A stretch of DNA of 64,000 nt from Syntrophales bacterium (GCA_963662405.2 CAXXKT010000001.1:2368001-2432000); one strand, 5' to 3'. Shown: positions 9,652 to 19,499, counted from the first letter of the stretch. Made by a program: numbers and translations. The notes: generated by a model not told the origin, from the letters alone.

Positions 9652-9996
9652 ATGAGCGAACAAATGCAGGAAATGGCGTCACAGAACGAGGCCGGGACCA
9701 CAAAGATCACCGTGGGAATATGGGGTGTCATATGCTTGATAATCCTGGGGGTGGTTGGGCTATACGGGCTTTCCGCCAAGCATGGGGCCGCACTGTCTCA
9801 GCATGAATCGGAGATCGGCAACATCAAAAAAAATGTTGCTGATAATATCGTCTGGATCAAGGAATCGCTTGAGCGGGTCGAGACTCAACAGCAACGGATC
9901 GATACAAAAATGGACCGGCTGATTACAGGGGGGTTGAGTGATTCAATCGCTGGCAGAAGAGTTCCGCCGTATCGAAGCCGAGACCCCACTGATTAG
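9652..9996 (+). CDS. Single-TM coiled-coil phage membrane protein (holin/antiholin-like)
   Basis: One hydrophobic helix then coiled coil; next to endolysin. Confidence 0.45.
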   Translation: MSEQMQEMASQNEAGTTKITVGIWGVICLIILGVVGLYGLSAKHGAALSQHESEIGNIKKNVADNIVWIKESLERVETQQQRIDTKMDRLITGGLSDSIAGRRVPPYRSRDPTD

Positions 9997-10019
9997 CTTC
10001 GGGGTTATTCCTCCTGATG

Positions 10020-10057
10020 GGTGGCCTTTTCTGTTTTTTGAGAGGGCCACCTTTTTT
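10020..10057 (+). terminator. Intrinsic terminator of phage late operon
   Basis: GGTGGCCTTTTC / GAGAGGGCCACC stem followed by T6. Confidence 0.8.
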
Positions 10058-10330
10058 ATGTGGGCATTTCTTAAAATGCAGTCATTTTGTAGTCAAATAT
10101 CGAAGATTCGGTCGAAGTAAAACAGTTATTGTGTTACAGGAAAAGGAAAGCCTGTATCAAGAGTGGTCAGGGGGGTGTGCTGCGCATGGTATTATTCAGT
10201 ACAAACACACTTTGGGTGACGAAGAAACGCCAGAAAATCCACATCCCGAAAAGCCCCGTCCTTTGGTTGGGAATTCAATTATTCTCGAGTGGAGATAAGA
10301 CACACAACTGCCAAGAATGGTGCTGTTGTC

Positions 10331-10352
10331 TGACAAAGAATTGACAAAAAAT
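10331..10352. repeat. Tandem 11-bp repeat, putative integrase arm-type sites
   Basis: TGACAAAGAAT TGACAAAAAAT about 115 bp inside the att core. Confidence 0.5.
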
Positions 10353-10466
10353 TTTGATATTCAGGGCGATATTTACGATCTATGTTACAAATGAGACACA
10401 CATAAAGTATATTAGTAACAATAGGTTACGATTATCATTATAATTTAGCTAAACAATACACAAAGA

Positions 10467-10511
10467 CTCATATCCGTAGTGTCCGGGGTTCAATTCCCTG
10501 CACCGCCACCA
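10467..10511 (+). repeat. Prophage att site: 3' half of tRNA(CAT), elongator Met or Ile2; not a complete tRNA
   Basis: CTCATAT anticodon loop, T-arm CGGGG-TTCAATT-CCCTG, acceptor strand CACCGCC-A-CCA; no D-arm or 5' acceptor strand upstream. Confidence 0.9.
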
Positions 10512-10518
10512 TGAATAT

Positions 10519-10555
10519 AAGGACTTAGGAGAAATCCTAAGTCCTTTTCGTTTTT
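10519..10555 (+). terminator. Terminator of the original tRNA locus
   Basis: Perfect 12-bp stem AAGGACTTAGGA-GAAA-TCCTAAGTCCTT plus T-rich tail. Confidence 0.85.
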
Positions 10556-10751
10556 CGTGGCATTTTGGTCCGCGAGAATATCATCAAGGATGCCGACAGT
10601 GGTCCGTTGGGTAATTCTTTAAGGTACCGGTAAAAGGCTTTTTCTCTGCTAGAGGTGGTGTGCGCTGCTGAAGGGGTTATGTGAACCAGCGCCGCTCCCA
10701 GCGCTGGCAGTAACGAATACACGAAATCAGGGAATGAAATTGTGCCGGATG

Positions 10752-10789
10752 AAAACCCCCCCGCCTTTTCAGGATCGGGGGTTTTTTTT
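10752..10789. terminator. Possible bidirectional terminator
   Basis: AAAACCCCC...GGGGGTTTT inverted repeat just past the stop of the minus-strand gene. Confidence 0.45.
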
Positions 10790-10805
10790 CTCTATGATCC
10801 GGCTG

Positions 10806-11066
10806 TTACCAGAGTTCCTTTTTTTGTCGTTCCATGTTGAGCTTCGCTTCCCCGTAGAGCCTCCAGATGCACAGGCCGATGGCGAGGAAGAAGAGGCCGA
10901 ACATGAACCCAGGTTCGGTATTGAACCGGGTATCGATCCAGCGGCCGACATAGAGGAACAAAAACGAGGAGGCGACGATCACGAACCCCCATACGCTGAT
11001 CTGCAATATCTGAGTCAGGTTCGATCTCCAGTTTATCGAACTATGGTGGTGATGTGTGATGATCAT
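10806..11066 (-). CDS. AtpZ/AtpI family small membrane protein
   Basis: Two TM helices flanking GRWIDTRFNTEP motif; RBS AGGAGG. Confidence 0.7.
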   Translation of the reverse strand: MIITHHHHSSINWRSNLTQILQISVWGFVIVASSFLFLYVGRWIDTRFNTEPGFMFGLFFLAIGLCIWRLYGEAKLNMERQKKELW

Positions 11067-11101
11067 TGCTTGTGTCCTCCTTTCCTATATTCTTACACCT
11101 T

Positions 11102-11377
11102 CTAGCTGACGAGATTCTTGAGCGCACCCACGACCGGTGCCGTGAAGAGGGCCACCAGGACGGCGTAGAGCGCGAAGGAACCGACCGCTTCGCTGAGGTA
11201 CAGTTTCGAGTACTTGTGCTTCAGAGAGGTGATGATCAGCCCGCCGACGATGAGGCAGCCGAGATGGAAGTAGGGAAAGCCCGCCGCGTTGGTTGCGGTA
11301 TATTCGGCATAGCCGAAGGAAGCGGTGACGAGGACCACGAAGGCCGCCATGATGATTGTCTGTACAGTTCGTTTCAT
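11102..11377 (-). CDS. Hypothetical membrane protein
   Basis: 91 aa, signal-like N-terminus plus 2 TM, RBS AAGGAGG. Confidence 0.7.
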   Translation of the reverse strand: MKRTVQTIIMAAFVVLVTASFGYAEYTATNAAGFPYFHLGCLIVGGLIITSLKHKYSKLYLSEAVGSFALYAVLVALFTAPVVGALKNLVS

Positions 11378-11435
11378 GATTATATCCTCCTTTTGTTGTT
11401 CCTGTTTCTTTCTCGTTTTCTTACCCTTTTATTAA

Positions 11436-11451
11436 TGAAAGAACCGTGCCA
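11436..11451 (-). promoter_or_regulatory. Putative sigma54 -24/-12 promoter (variant -12)
   Basis: TGGCACGGTTCTTTCA about 60 bp upstream of 11377. Confidence 0.5.
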
Positions 11452-11763
11452 TTTTGATGAATACCGTTCAAAATAGTCGTAACATACCGGATGTACGGGT
11501 TTTATCGAGGCGGGTAAGTCGAGGGAGGCGGACGCATCAGCCCCCAAAGGCGGGGTCGATTCAAAGAAACATCCAATCCGATTGAATGAAGTGTTCAGAA
11601 AAGAAGGAATGCGAAAGAAAAATGTATTAAGGGCCTTTATCCGGAGATATCTTTTTTGATCAATGAAAATACGTGATGACCATGTGCTCAATACCGGCGA
11701 TACAAGCATTTCACGTGTGGCGGTTTGGTCCTCCAAGTAGACCTGTCCCGGGGGAAGGGTGGG

Positions 11764-13089
11764 TCACTTGTCCCGGGAGAGCTTTTTTCGTGTGAGCAGG
11801 GTGACGACGAGGCATCCGATTGTTACGGCAAGACAAAGGGAAAAGGCGTTTTGATAACCCTCGGGCGCATATGTGCCGTTGACCCGTCCCACGCCGTCAA
11901 GGATGGCACCCGTCCAGACCTGAAAAACGGCGATTCCCAGCATCGGGAACGGGTTCAGAAGGCCCAGGGTGAGGCCGAGGACGGACACGGGGGTCGATTC
12001 GCGGATCAGCGTCCAGAGTATGGTGAACAGCCCGCCTGCCGCACAGCCGATAACGAACATCACGATCATAACGGCACCTATCCCGCCGGGAGTACGGCTG
12101 AGGGTCAACCAGCTCCACATACCGGTCGTAACGATAAGAAGATCGATAAAGAGTGTTATCTTGTTGCGGAACCGTCTTCCAAGCCATCCCCAGAGGGGCG
12201 AGCCCATGATAAACCCGAGAGGAATCAGCAGGTTAATCTTGCTTGCAGAGGCAAGTGGGATTCCGAATCGCGATATGAGATAGGGGGTGGCCCACAGGCC
12301 CTGAAGGGTCAGGATCGTGCCGACAATGCCGAAGAGAAGCGTGCCGTAAACCCAGAAGTGAACGGATGTCAGTACCGCTATAATCGAAGGTGGTGATTCA
12401 CGGGACGACGGGTCTTCAGATGTGCCGAGGAGGGCAGCCGGTGACGAAACCAGCGTATGGTCGCGGGTCAGAAAGAAGGCCGCCAGTGATAGGATGACGG
12501 TTATCCCGGCAATAAGATGAAAGCTGAACCGCCAGCCGCAAGCCACCGCCATCCAGACGAGGGGGGTCGTCGCGACGAGGGCTCCCAGGTTCCCGGCCCC
12601 GAGGAAAAGACCGGTCATCGTGGAAAACTCCTTCGTCTCGAACCATTGCGATATGGCCTTGAGGGCCGGAACATAAACGCCCCCAACGCCGAACCCGATG
12701 ATGGCCCGCCCGAAAGACGCCCAGCCGATCGTGGGGGCAAGACCGAAAACGATGCAGCCGAAAGCAGCCGTCAGTGTCCAGAGGGAAATCACCCGTCGCG
12801 GACCGAGGCGGTCGCTCAGATAGCCGACCAGGGGCTGTTCGAAGGCGTAGACATAAAAATACATGGAAGACATGAAGCCAAGGGCGGTAGCGTCCGTCTG
12901 AAATGCTGTCAAGAGGTCCGGGGCGATAACCGATGTGGATACCCGGTGGAAATAGACGAGGAAATATATCGAGGCGATAATGCCAAAGACGACCCAGCGG
13001 TGCACATCGGGCGTTTCCGGTATCGGTTTGGTTTCCCCGGCGGAAGAACAATGCTTGCAAGACCCTTGAGGCATCTGAGGGATATCCAT
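11764..13089 (-). CDS. MFS transporter
   Basis: About 12 TM; motif A GYLSDRLGPRR; start chosen at ATG 13089 (uncertain). Confidence 0.9.
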   Translation of the reverse strand: MDIPQMPQGSCKHCSSAGETKPIPETPDVHRWVVFGIIASIYFLVYFHRVSTSVIAPDLLTAFQTDATALGFMSSMYFYVYAFEQPLVGYLSDRLGPRRVISLWTLTAAFGCIVFGLAPTIGWASFGRAIIGFGVGGVYVPALKAISQWFETKEFSTMTGLFLGAGNLGALVATTPLVWMAVACGWRFSFHLIAGITVILSLAAFFLTRDHTLVSSPAALLGTSEDPSSRESPPSIIAVLTSVHFWVYGTLLFGIVGTILTLQGLWATPYLISRFGIPLASASKINLLIPLGFIMGSPLWGWLGRRFRNKITLFIDLLIVTTGMWSWLTLSRTPGGIGAVMIVMFVIGCAAGGLFTILWTLIRESTPVSVLGLTLGLLNPFPMLGIAVFQVWTGAILDGVGRVNGTYAPEGYQNAFSLCLAVTIGCLVVTLLTRKKLSRDK

Positions 13090-13436
13090 CCTTTCAGGAA
13101 ATCGGATAACGGCCGCAATGACTCCCGGGCCGATCATGCGGGAGAGAAAAAGGAGGCGACTATATACCAGCACCCGGGCGATGTCAAACAGGGATACCTG
13201 GCATGCCTTCTTTTGAAGAAGAGCTGGCGTACGGTGCTTACCCGCCCTTGCGGTAACGACTATATCCCCGAATCCTCGAGTATTATAATCACGGTATACT
13301 CGGTCTCGGGGAGTCTTGACAGGAGCGAGGGTGAAAGGCATGATAGAGATATCTCAGGGGAAGTATCCTCCTCACGGAAATCAGTGGGAGTAAGGAAATC
13401 ATGAAGGAAGTCACCACATATTATTGAGAGATAAAC

Positions 13437-13520
13437 TGATCTTCCCCCGAAATAATAGACACCAAGTTAAGCTGCCATAGGCAGCCTGCCAAAATCAACA
13501 GGAGAAACATATCCTAATTA
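13437..13520 (-). mobile_element. IS3-family right-end remnant
   Basis: IR TGATCTTCCCCCGAAATAATAGACAC similar to the IR at 19974; minus strand encodes OrfB tail LGYVSPVDFGRLPMAA*. Confidence 0.75.
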
Positions 13521-15267
13521 GGGTTTCCTGAAAAAAGCAATATTTCTCATTTTACCGTAAAGTTACCCGTGATACTGGTTGTGCCAAGCATCAACAGCAA
13601 CACCTCTGATCAGGCCTGAAGGTCACCAGATGATGATATAATGGCACTTCAACAGTGAGAATCGCCCTATATTGCCGCTGAAGAGATTGCTCACACAGAA
13701 AAAAGATACAAAGAAGCGGAGAAAGAGCCGCCTTGAGCAGCTTCTCCAGGTTCATGACCAGGATGGTCAGGGTAATCACCGTAGCACTGGTGTCTGCCAG
13801 TTTTGCCATGATACGGTTAAGACCAAATCGCCGTTTCCCCTGGCCGAACTTCCCTTCCACCGAAATGCGATCCAACTCGTCTTGCCTGGTTAGTTGCTGG
13901 ACCGCCTTCATCTCTTCCTGGTTCTCCGGGGTCTTTGTACGGGGACGACCCAGCGGTGGCCCTGATAAACGAATCCCGTATTTCCGGCAATATCGCCGGT
14001 TCTCGCGATTCCGGTATATCGCATCCACGTGGACCGATTCAGGATAGGTACCGAACCTCGTATGATACCGATCAATGATGTCCTTCAGGTCAATCCCTTC
14101 GTTGAAGTTGTCCCAGCTGATACGCTCGGTAAAGGCATAGCCCCGGACAAGACTGATAGATACCTTGGCCCCGAACTCCGTTTCCGCAGTTACCTTCCCC
14201 CGTTTGATCGGACGGAGGTACGGCTGGGAGATGCTGATGATCCGATCGTCAATCCGATGGGTCTTGCTCTCGTACATGGCCTTCTGTTGCCGGTAGACCT
14301 CATGGATGACCAGTAGATCACGATAGTGACGGGGGGAGAGTACCGAAAGAGATACCTGCTCCGCCAAGGTGTCAATGTGTCCCAGGTCTCGACGGAGGTA
14401 TCGCAGTTGTTGCCCAATGGCTTTGCGTATCTTCTTGTGTCCGGGTCTCTTGGCTTTTGCTACGGCCAGGTAGTCCTTGCGGGCTTTCTTCCGGTAGGTC
14501 CGCGGCTTGGGTGCCCGGTCCGTACGGGCGCCATGGAGGGTGTCGATGATCTTCTCAGCCTTCTCCCTCGCTTTGTTCAAGAGGTTCAGATCGGTGGGGT
14601 AGGCAACATCCGGCGGGGTGCAGGTGGCATCAACGATCAGCTTGCCCTGGTTCTTTACCTTGGGTTCTTTTGATTGTGCCGATTCATTGCTCCGATCGGA
14701 ACTGCCGCCTCCCGGTGGGGGATCATCGGATGAATGTTCTTTTGAGGTCTTGTCCATATCTTCCCGAATCCGGGCGGCGGCTATCGCCTCATTGATCCGA
14801 TCAACCGCCTCGGCGGGAAAACGCCTGCGAAAATAGACCATCTGGGACGGATCAAAGGGGGCATCCTTCTGGAAGTCCCGCAACCCAATGAAGTACTGGA
14901 GATAGGGGTTCTCCGTGATCTGGGCCACGGTCTCTTCATCGCTCAGTCGCAATCGCTCCTTGATCAACAGGGAACCGAAGGCCATCCGGGCCGAATGGGC
15001 CGGGGCTCCATAATCACAACTCAATTGTGACGTATAGATCTCTTCCACCATCTCCCATGGAATCAATGTGGATAAGATGACCCACCGGTTGTCTCCCCGT
15101 AAATGTCCCCTGAAGGGCAGATTGAACTCCTCGAATGAAAGTTGCCTCACATTGTGTCTATACATCGTCCCATCCACGTGCACGGTTTTTGGCACCTATC
15201 GATCATTTTTCGGGCACCAATTACATAAAATATACACGTAACACCTTGTATTGTCAAGATAAATGAC
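13521..15267 (-). mobile_element. IS5-family element, left IR not found
   Basis: Putative IR GGGTTTCCTGAAAAAAG at 13521; upstream end abuts the IS3 copy at 15268. Confidence 0.75.
13591..15165 (-). CDS. IS5-family transposase
   Basis: ITENPYLQYF, LIVDATC, EFGAK, VHVDAIY, RISVEGKFGQGKRRFGL motifs. Confidence 0.93.
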   Translation of the reverse strand: MYRHNVRQLSFEEFNLPFRGHLRGDNRWVILSTLIPWEMVEEIYTSQLSCDYGAPAHSARMAFGSLLIKERLRLSDEETVAQITENPYLQYFIGLRDFQKDAPFDPSQMVYFRRRFPAEAVDRINEAIAAARIREDMDKTSKEHSSDDPPPGGGSSDRSNESAQSKEPKVKNQGKLIVDATCTPPDVAYPTDLNLLNKAREKAEKIIDTLHGARTDRAPKPRTYRKKARKDYLAVAKAKRPGHKKIRKAIGQQLRYLRRDLGHIDTLAEQVSLSVLSPRHYRDLLVIHEVYRQQKAMYESKTHRIDDRIISISQPYLRPIKRGKVTAETEFGAKVSISLVRGYAFTERISWDNFNEGIDLKDIIDRYHTRFGTYPESVHVDAIYRNRENRRYCRKYGIRLSGPPLGRPRTKTPENQEEMKAVQQLTRQDELDRISVEGKFGQGKRRFGLNRIMAKLADTSATVITLTILVMNLEKLLKAALSPLLCIFFLCEQSLQRQYRAILTVEVPLYHHLVTFRPDQRCCC

Positions 15268-15335
15268 AGAGGTGGTCCGGTTTCTTTGGACAGGTAACAG
15301 GGATTTATAAGTGGGAAGTTGCCCTGGGTTTGTGT

Positions 15336-16166
15336 TCATGCCGCAGCCTGTCCCTGTGGTAGTGATTCAAAATAAACCATAGCCGGTGTCTTTCTGTCAA
15401 AAGTATTGTGCCACCGTTTCTCGTTGTAGAACTGAAAATAGTCGGTAAGCCCCTTCTTCAACTCTTTCATTGAACCGTATGCCTTCAGATAGATATCTTC
15501 GTACTTGACGCTCTTCCAGAGCCGTTCGATGAAGACATTGTCCATCCATCGTCCCTGACCGTCCATGCTGATAGAGATATCATGAGAGCGAAGGACATCG
15601 ATGAATGCCTGTGAGGTAAACTGACTGCCCTGATCGGTATTGAAGATAGCCGGGCGCCCATACGTGGTGAGTGCTTCTTCAAGCGCATCCACACAAAACG
15701 CACTGTCCAACGTATTCGACAACCGCCAGGAGAGGACCATCCGACTCGCCCAGTCCATAACGGCTACCAGATAACAGAACCCTCGTTCCATGGGAATATA
15801 CGTGATATCGGCAGACCATACGTGGTTGGGACGGATGATATCAAGTCCCCGTAACAGATACGGATATATCGGGTGCTGGGGATGCTTTATCGATAATCTC
15901 GGCTTGATGTGCAACGCCTCGATCCCCATGCGACGCATCAACCGACGTACCTTATCACGTCCGATATCATACCCTCTCTGCCACAGCTCATTGCGAATCT
16001 TCCGACTCCCATAGAAGGGATACTGAAGATGAATCTCATCAATCTGACGCATCAGCTCCAGATCCTTCGCGCTGACCGGAACCGGAGAGTAATAAACACT
16101 CGATCGGGACAGCTCCAAGAGTTCGCATTGACGGGTTATGGGCACACTCTTTTCTCTCTTGATCAT
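15336..16166 (-). CDS. IS3-family transposase OrfB
   Basis: WSADITY, TDQGSQF, DNVFIERLW DDE motifs. Confidence 0.95.
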   Translation of the reverse strand: MIKREKSVPITRQCELLELSRSSVYYSPVPVSAKDLELMRQIDEIHLQYPFYGSRKIRNELWQRGYDIGRDKVRRLMRRMGIEALHIKPRLSIKHPQHPIYPYLLRGLDIIRPNHVWSADITYIPMERGFCYLVAVMDWASRMVLSWRLSNTLDSAFCVDALEEALTTYGRPAIFNTDQGSQFTSQAFIDVLRSHDISISMDGQGRWMDNVFIERLWKSVKYEDIYLKAYGSMKELKKGLTDYFQFYNEKRWHNTFDRKTPAMVYFESLPQGQAAA

Positions 16167-16465
16167 CGCTTTGCGCTCGTTCCGTTGATGCGACCGAGCG
16201 CATGTGATAAAAAATCATTCTCCATCGATAACTGTCCGATCTTGGCGTGAAGTTCTTTTACATCCGGACCCTGGTTGTCCTTATGACCCTTGCCAAATAC
16301 GTCCGATGCGTGATCCATCAACTGCTTCTTCCATGTGGTGATCTGGTTCGGGTGTACCTGATACCGCTCGGCAAGCTCAACGATCGTCTGGTCCCCTTTC
16401 AGTGCCTCCAATGCCACCTTCGCCTTGAAGGACGGTGCATGGTTCCTCCGCGGTCTCTTGCTCAT
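16163..16465 (-). CDS. IS3-family transposase OrfA
   Basis: HTH (FKAKVALEA..HPNQITTWKKQL); T TTT TTA slippery site and ATGA overlap with orfB. Confidence 0.93.
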   Translation of the reverse strand: MSKRPRRNHAPSFKAKVALEALKGDQTIVELAERYQVHPNQITTWKKQLMDHASDVFGKGHKDNQGPDVKELHAKIGQLSMENDFLSHALGRINGTSAKR

Positions 16466-16967
16466 ATCTCTTTCCTCCTTACGTCCACTATAGAGCAACT
16501 TTCCCACTTATGCACCTGTCCAAATTTGCCCGACCAGCTCTGCTAACACTTCTTAAGAGATATCAACGACCAATTCAATATGCAAATTGAGAACTTTCTC
16601 TTACAGTACCTCGGCTACCTTATCTACTCTCAATCAGCACCTCAACACAATCCGAAAAATGGCCTAGTCACGGGGTTTCTTTATTCTGTCAAAAAGTAGA
16701 CCACTGCTTCATCCTTGTGATGCTTTGGTAAGGTTTTGGCATACGAAGAGCCTCTCTTGCTTTGGTTATTAATCTTCATTCCTTCTTCATGGTACAGGTA
16801 GTCATAGAAAACAGCACACCGTCAAGGCTCAAAAGATCAAAATTTCCCTCCTTACATCTTAACTCAGGAAAGGGCACTTTTAGCCGCGACGCTGGAGGTG
16901 AAGAAGAGAATGCTCATCGCCAGACCCTACAAGCACATTCTATCAACTCAACATCAACCGATTTTGT

Positions 16968-17819
16968 CTAGACACGTTTGAGCCGGATGAATCTCGAGAC
17001 ACCGACCACCACCAGGTAGACGGCGCCGGCCAGCACGATGGTGGTAGCGCCTGCCGGCAGATCAGGTCCGTAACTAAAGAAAAGACCAAAGCATGTCAAT
17101 AGGGCGGTGAGGATCGCGGAAAAGGCCATCATCTGCCAGAGTCTCTTGGCAAAATGTCCGGCCACTGCCACCGGCAAGGTGAGGAGTGCGATGACCATTA
17201 CAATTCCCACCACAGTGACGAGCAGAACTACGGTGAGTGCGGTAAGACAGAGAAGCAACAAATAGTAGAATTCCACATGGATGCCCCTGATCCGGGCGAA
17301 TTCTTCGTCGAAGCACACCGCGAGCAGCTGATTGTAGAAGAGGAGGGCTGCTGCCAGGATCACAATGTCCAGCGCGGCGATAAGCCAGAGGTCATGGGGG
17401 GAGACCATCAGGATATTTCCGAAAAGGTAGCTTGTGAGGTCCTCGTTGTATCCCGGTGTCTTGAAAATGAAGAGAATGCCGACCGCCATGCCGATTGCCC
17501 ACACCGCACCGATGACCGTATCCTCTCTCTGCCTTGTGCTCCAGAGGCTTACCAACCCGATAACAAGGGCGGATAACAGGGCGGCTGCAACCGCTCCGTA
17601 CAGAGGGTTAAGCCATGCCCAGCCGAAAACGGTCTGGCAATACCGGGCCGCTCCCAGCCCGGCCAGCACACTGTGGGCGATCCCGCCCGCAATATAGGTA
17701 ATGCGCCGGGTAACCACATAACTGCCGACAACGCCGCAGGCGATGCCGGCCAGAATTCCCGTCAAAAGGGCATACTGAAGGAACGTTTGCTGCTGCAGGG
17801 CAGCGATAAATTCAGCCAT
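16968..17819 (-). CDS. znuB: Zn/Mn ABC transporter permease
   Basis: ABC-3 family motifs GGIAHSVLAG, YLFGNIL, FDEEFA. Confidence 0.88.
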   Translation of the reverse strand: MAEFIAALQQQTFLQYALLTGILAGIACGVVGSYVVTRRITYIAGGIAHSVLAGLGAARYCQTVFGWAWLNPLYGAVAAALLSALVIGLVSLWSTRQREDTVIGAVWAIGMAVGILFIFKTPGYNEDLTSYLFGNILMVSPHDLWLIAALDIVILAAALLFYNQLLAVCFDEEFARIRGIHVEFYYLLLLCLTALTVVLLVTVVGIVMVIALLTLPVAVAGHFAKRLWQMMAFSAILTALLTCFGLFFSYGPDLPAGATTIVLAGAVYLVVVGVSRFIRLKRV

Positions 17820-18570
17820 GATGATGGTTCTCCGGCGGCCGGGTGTCGTGTCTCACCATTTGGACTTCGGAGCCGTAAAGCTCATTGATCATCTCGCCTG
17901 AGATATCATGGGTGGCATGCACAACGACCCTTCGATTCACGCATGCCACCCGTTTCACATAGCTGGATACAAAACCCAGATCGTGGGTTACAATAACAAC
18001 GGTCATCTTTTCGTTGAGATGATTGAGAAGTTCAAACAACTCCGTTTCCACGGCGGCGTCAACATTGGAGGTGGGTTCATCCAGAAGGAGAAGATCCGGA
18101 TCCGTCACGAGCGCCCTGGCGATCAATACCCGTTGGTGCTGGCCGCCGGAAAGATCCGAAAAGGAACGATTGCGCACATCCAGGAGTTCCATTTTGCGAA
18201 GAGCCTCCTCCGCTTTCTCTCGGTCCGATTTTCCGAAAAACCCAAATTGTCTGCCGTTTCCCATGCGTCCCATCAAAACTACATCCATAACACTGACCGG
18301 AAAAAGCGGATCCAGGTTCGAATGCTGAGGCATATAGCCGATGCGTGAGCAGGCTTTGGCAGGTGGTAGGCCGAACACCTGGATGGAACCACTCGTGGGC
18401 TTGAGCAGCCCGAGAATGAGTTTGAGCAGGGTTGTCTTGCCCCCGGCGTTGGGTCCTACCAAGGATAGAAAGTCCCTCTCATAGACCACGAGGTTCACGC
18501 TGTCGAGCACACGGAAACCGTTGTAGGAAAAGGAGACATTTTCGATTTTGATAGCGGGCTGCTTGTCCAT
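17812..18570 (-). CDS. znuC: Zn/Mn ABC transporter ATPase
   Basis: GPNAGGKTT, LSGGQ, LLLDEP, VACVN; His-rich tail. Confidence 0.88.
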   Translation of the reverse strand: MDKQPAIKIENVSFSYNGFRVLDSVNLVVYERDFLSLVGPNAGGKTTLLKLILGLLKPTSGSIQVFGLPPAKACSRIGYMPQHSNLDPLFPVSVMDVVLMGRMGNGRQFGFFGKSDREKAEEALRKMELLDVRNRSFSDLSGGQHQRVLIARALVTDPDLLLLDEPTSNVDAAVETELFELLNHLNEKMTVVIVTHDLGFVSSYVKRVACVNRRVVVHATHDISGEMINELYGSEVQMVRHDTRPPENHHHG

Positions 18571-19431
18571 CTATTTCCTCATTAGGGCCCCTCTGAGAAG
18601 GCCTGCCATTTGTTCGAGATTGCCAAGATAATCGCGGGGCAGAGGATTCATGGGAACCACCGCACCTCCGATTTCTCTGGCAATGGTTTCGGCATCCTTT
18701 TTTGCGTACTGGGGCTGCACAAAGATCACCTTGACCCCCTCGCTGCGGGCTTTGTTGATCAAATGCGACAGTTGCTTAGGTGAAGGCTGTTTTCCTTCGA
18801 TCTCGACCGCAACCTGCTCGAGACCGTATCGATCTCCGAAATAGCCGAATGCGGGATGAAAGACATAGAACCTGGACCCTTTCAGGGGGGCAAGCGTTTC
18901 CGCAATTTCTTTATCGACACGGTCTAGATCGCGCTGAAAACTTTGGAGGTTGTTTTCGAAGGACGTGCGGTGGTCGGGTGCCACGCGTGTCAGGGCTTCG
19001 CAAATCGTGGCGGCTTGGATCTTGACCCGTGCGGGGTCCAGCCAGATGTGTGGATCGGGAACCGATTCGCCTTTGGATCTTTTGAAATACCGAAGACTAA
19101 CCCCCTTCCGGGTATCCACGATCTCAAGGTTCTTGTATGTATCTTTCAGCTTGTCGATGAATCCTTTCTCAAAAGGTGTTCCAATCCTGAAATAGACCGC
19201 CGCCTCTCCCAATCGAGCTATCTGTTTAGGGCTAGGCTCATAGGTAGCAGGCGATTGTCCCGGGCCGACCAGCACTTCGACCTCCACCTGAGACCCACCA
19301 ACCCTTTCCACAAAATATGCCTGCGGCAGGATGCTCACAAAGGCTTTGATTCTGGATGCATCACCAGCAGCCGGCCCGGAGATGATCGAAGAGATTAGGA
19401 TCGAAAAACAAAAAAACAGGGCCTTTTTCAT
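18571..19431 (-). CDS. znuA: Zn ABC transporter substrate-binding protein
   Basis: PATYEP, DPHIWL, HPAFGYF, IEGKQP; signal peptide from ATG 19431 with RBS AAGGAG. Confidence 0.88.
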   Translation of the reverse strand: MKKALFFCFSILISSIISGPAAGDASRIKAFVSILPQAYFVERVGGSQVEVEVLVGPGQSPATYEPSPKQIARLGEAAVYFRIGTPFEKGFIDKLKDTYKNLEIVDTRKGVSLRYFKRSKGESVPDPHIWLDPARVKIQAATICEALTRVAPDHRTSFENNLQSFQRDLDRVDKEIAETLAPLKGSRFYVFHPAFGYFGDRYGLEQVAVEIEGKQPSPKQLSHLINKARSEGVKVIFVQPQYAKKDAETIAREIGGAVVPMNPLPRDYLGNLEQMAGLLRGALMRK

Positions 19432-19499
19432 TTTTGTGTCTCCTTTTACTTTGATGCTTTTTTTTGCGCATGTTCCCGGGTCTCTTTTCCCTGGAATTT

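Larger units (their letters stand above)
1..10511 (+). mobile_element. Prophage, right-hand part (siphovirus-like tail and lysis module), left end outside window
   Basis: Co-oriented tail tube, chaperone with frameshift, tape measure, tail and endolysin genes, ending at a tRNA 3'-half duplication; no sheath gene visible. Confidence 0.92.
15268..16541 (-). mobile_element. IS3-family element, copy 1 (1274 bp)
   Basis: Imperfect 28-bp IRs; near-identical to 44048-45321; no matching target duplication. Confidence 0.95.

Noticed and set aside
10017..10344. Short ORFs at the prophage end as moron/defence genes
   Set aside because: Overlap the terminator, weak starts, no recognisable motifs
5518..10460. 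Diversity-generating retroelement acting on tail genes
   Set aside because: No reverse transcriptase and no ~100-bp repeat pair with adenine-specific mismatches seen in the window
10430..10511. Complete tRNA gene
   Set aside because: Sequence 5' of the anticodon loop cannot form the D-arm, anticodon stem or acceptor stem
16542..16967. Gene or IS remnant in the AT-rich gap after znuB
   Set aside because: Only short open frames; nothing I can identify with support
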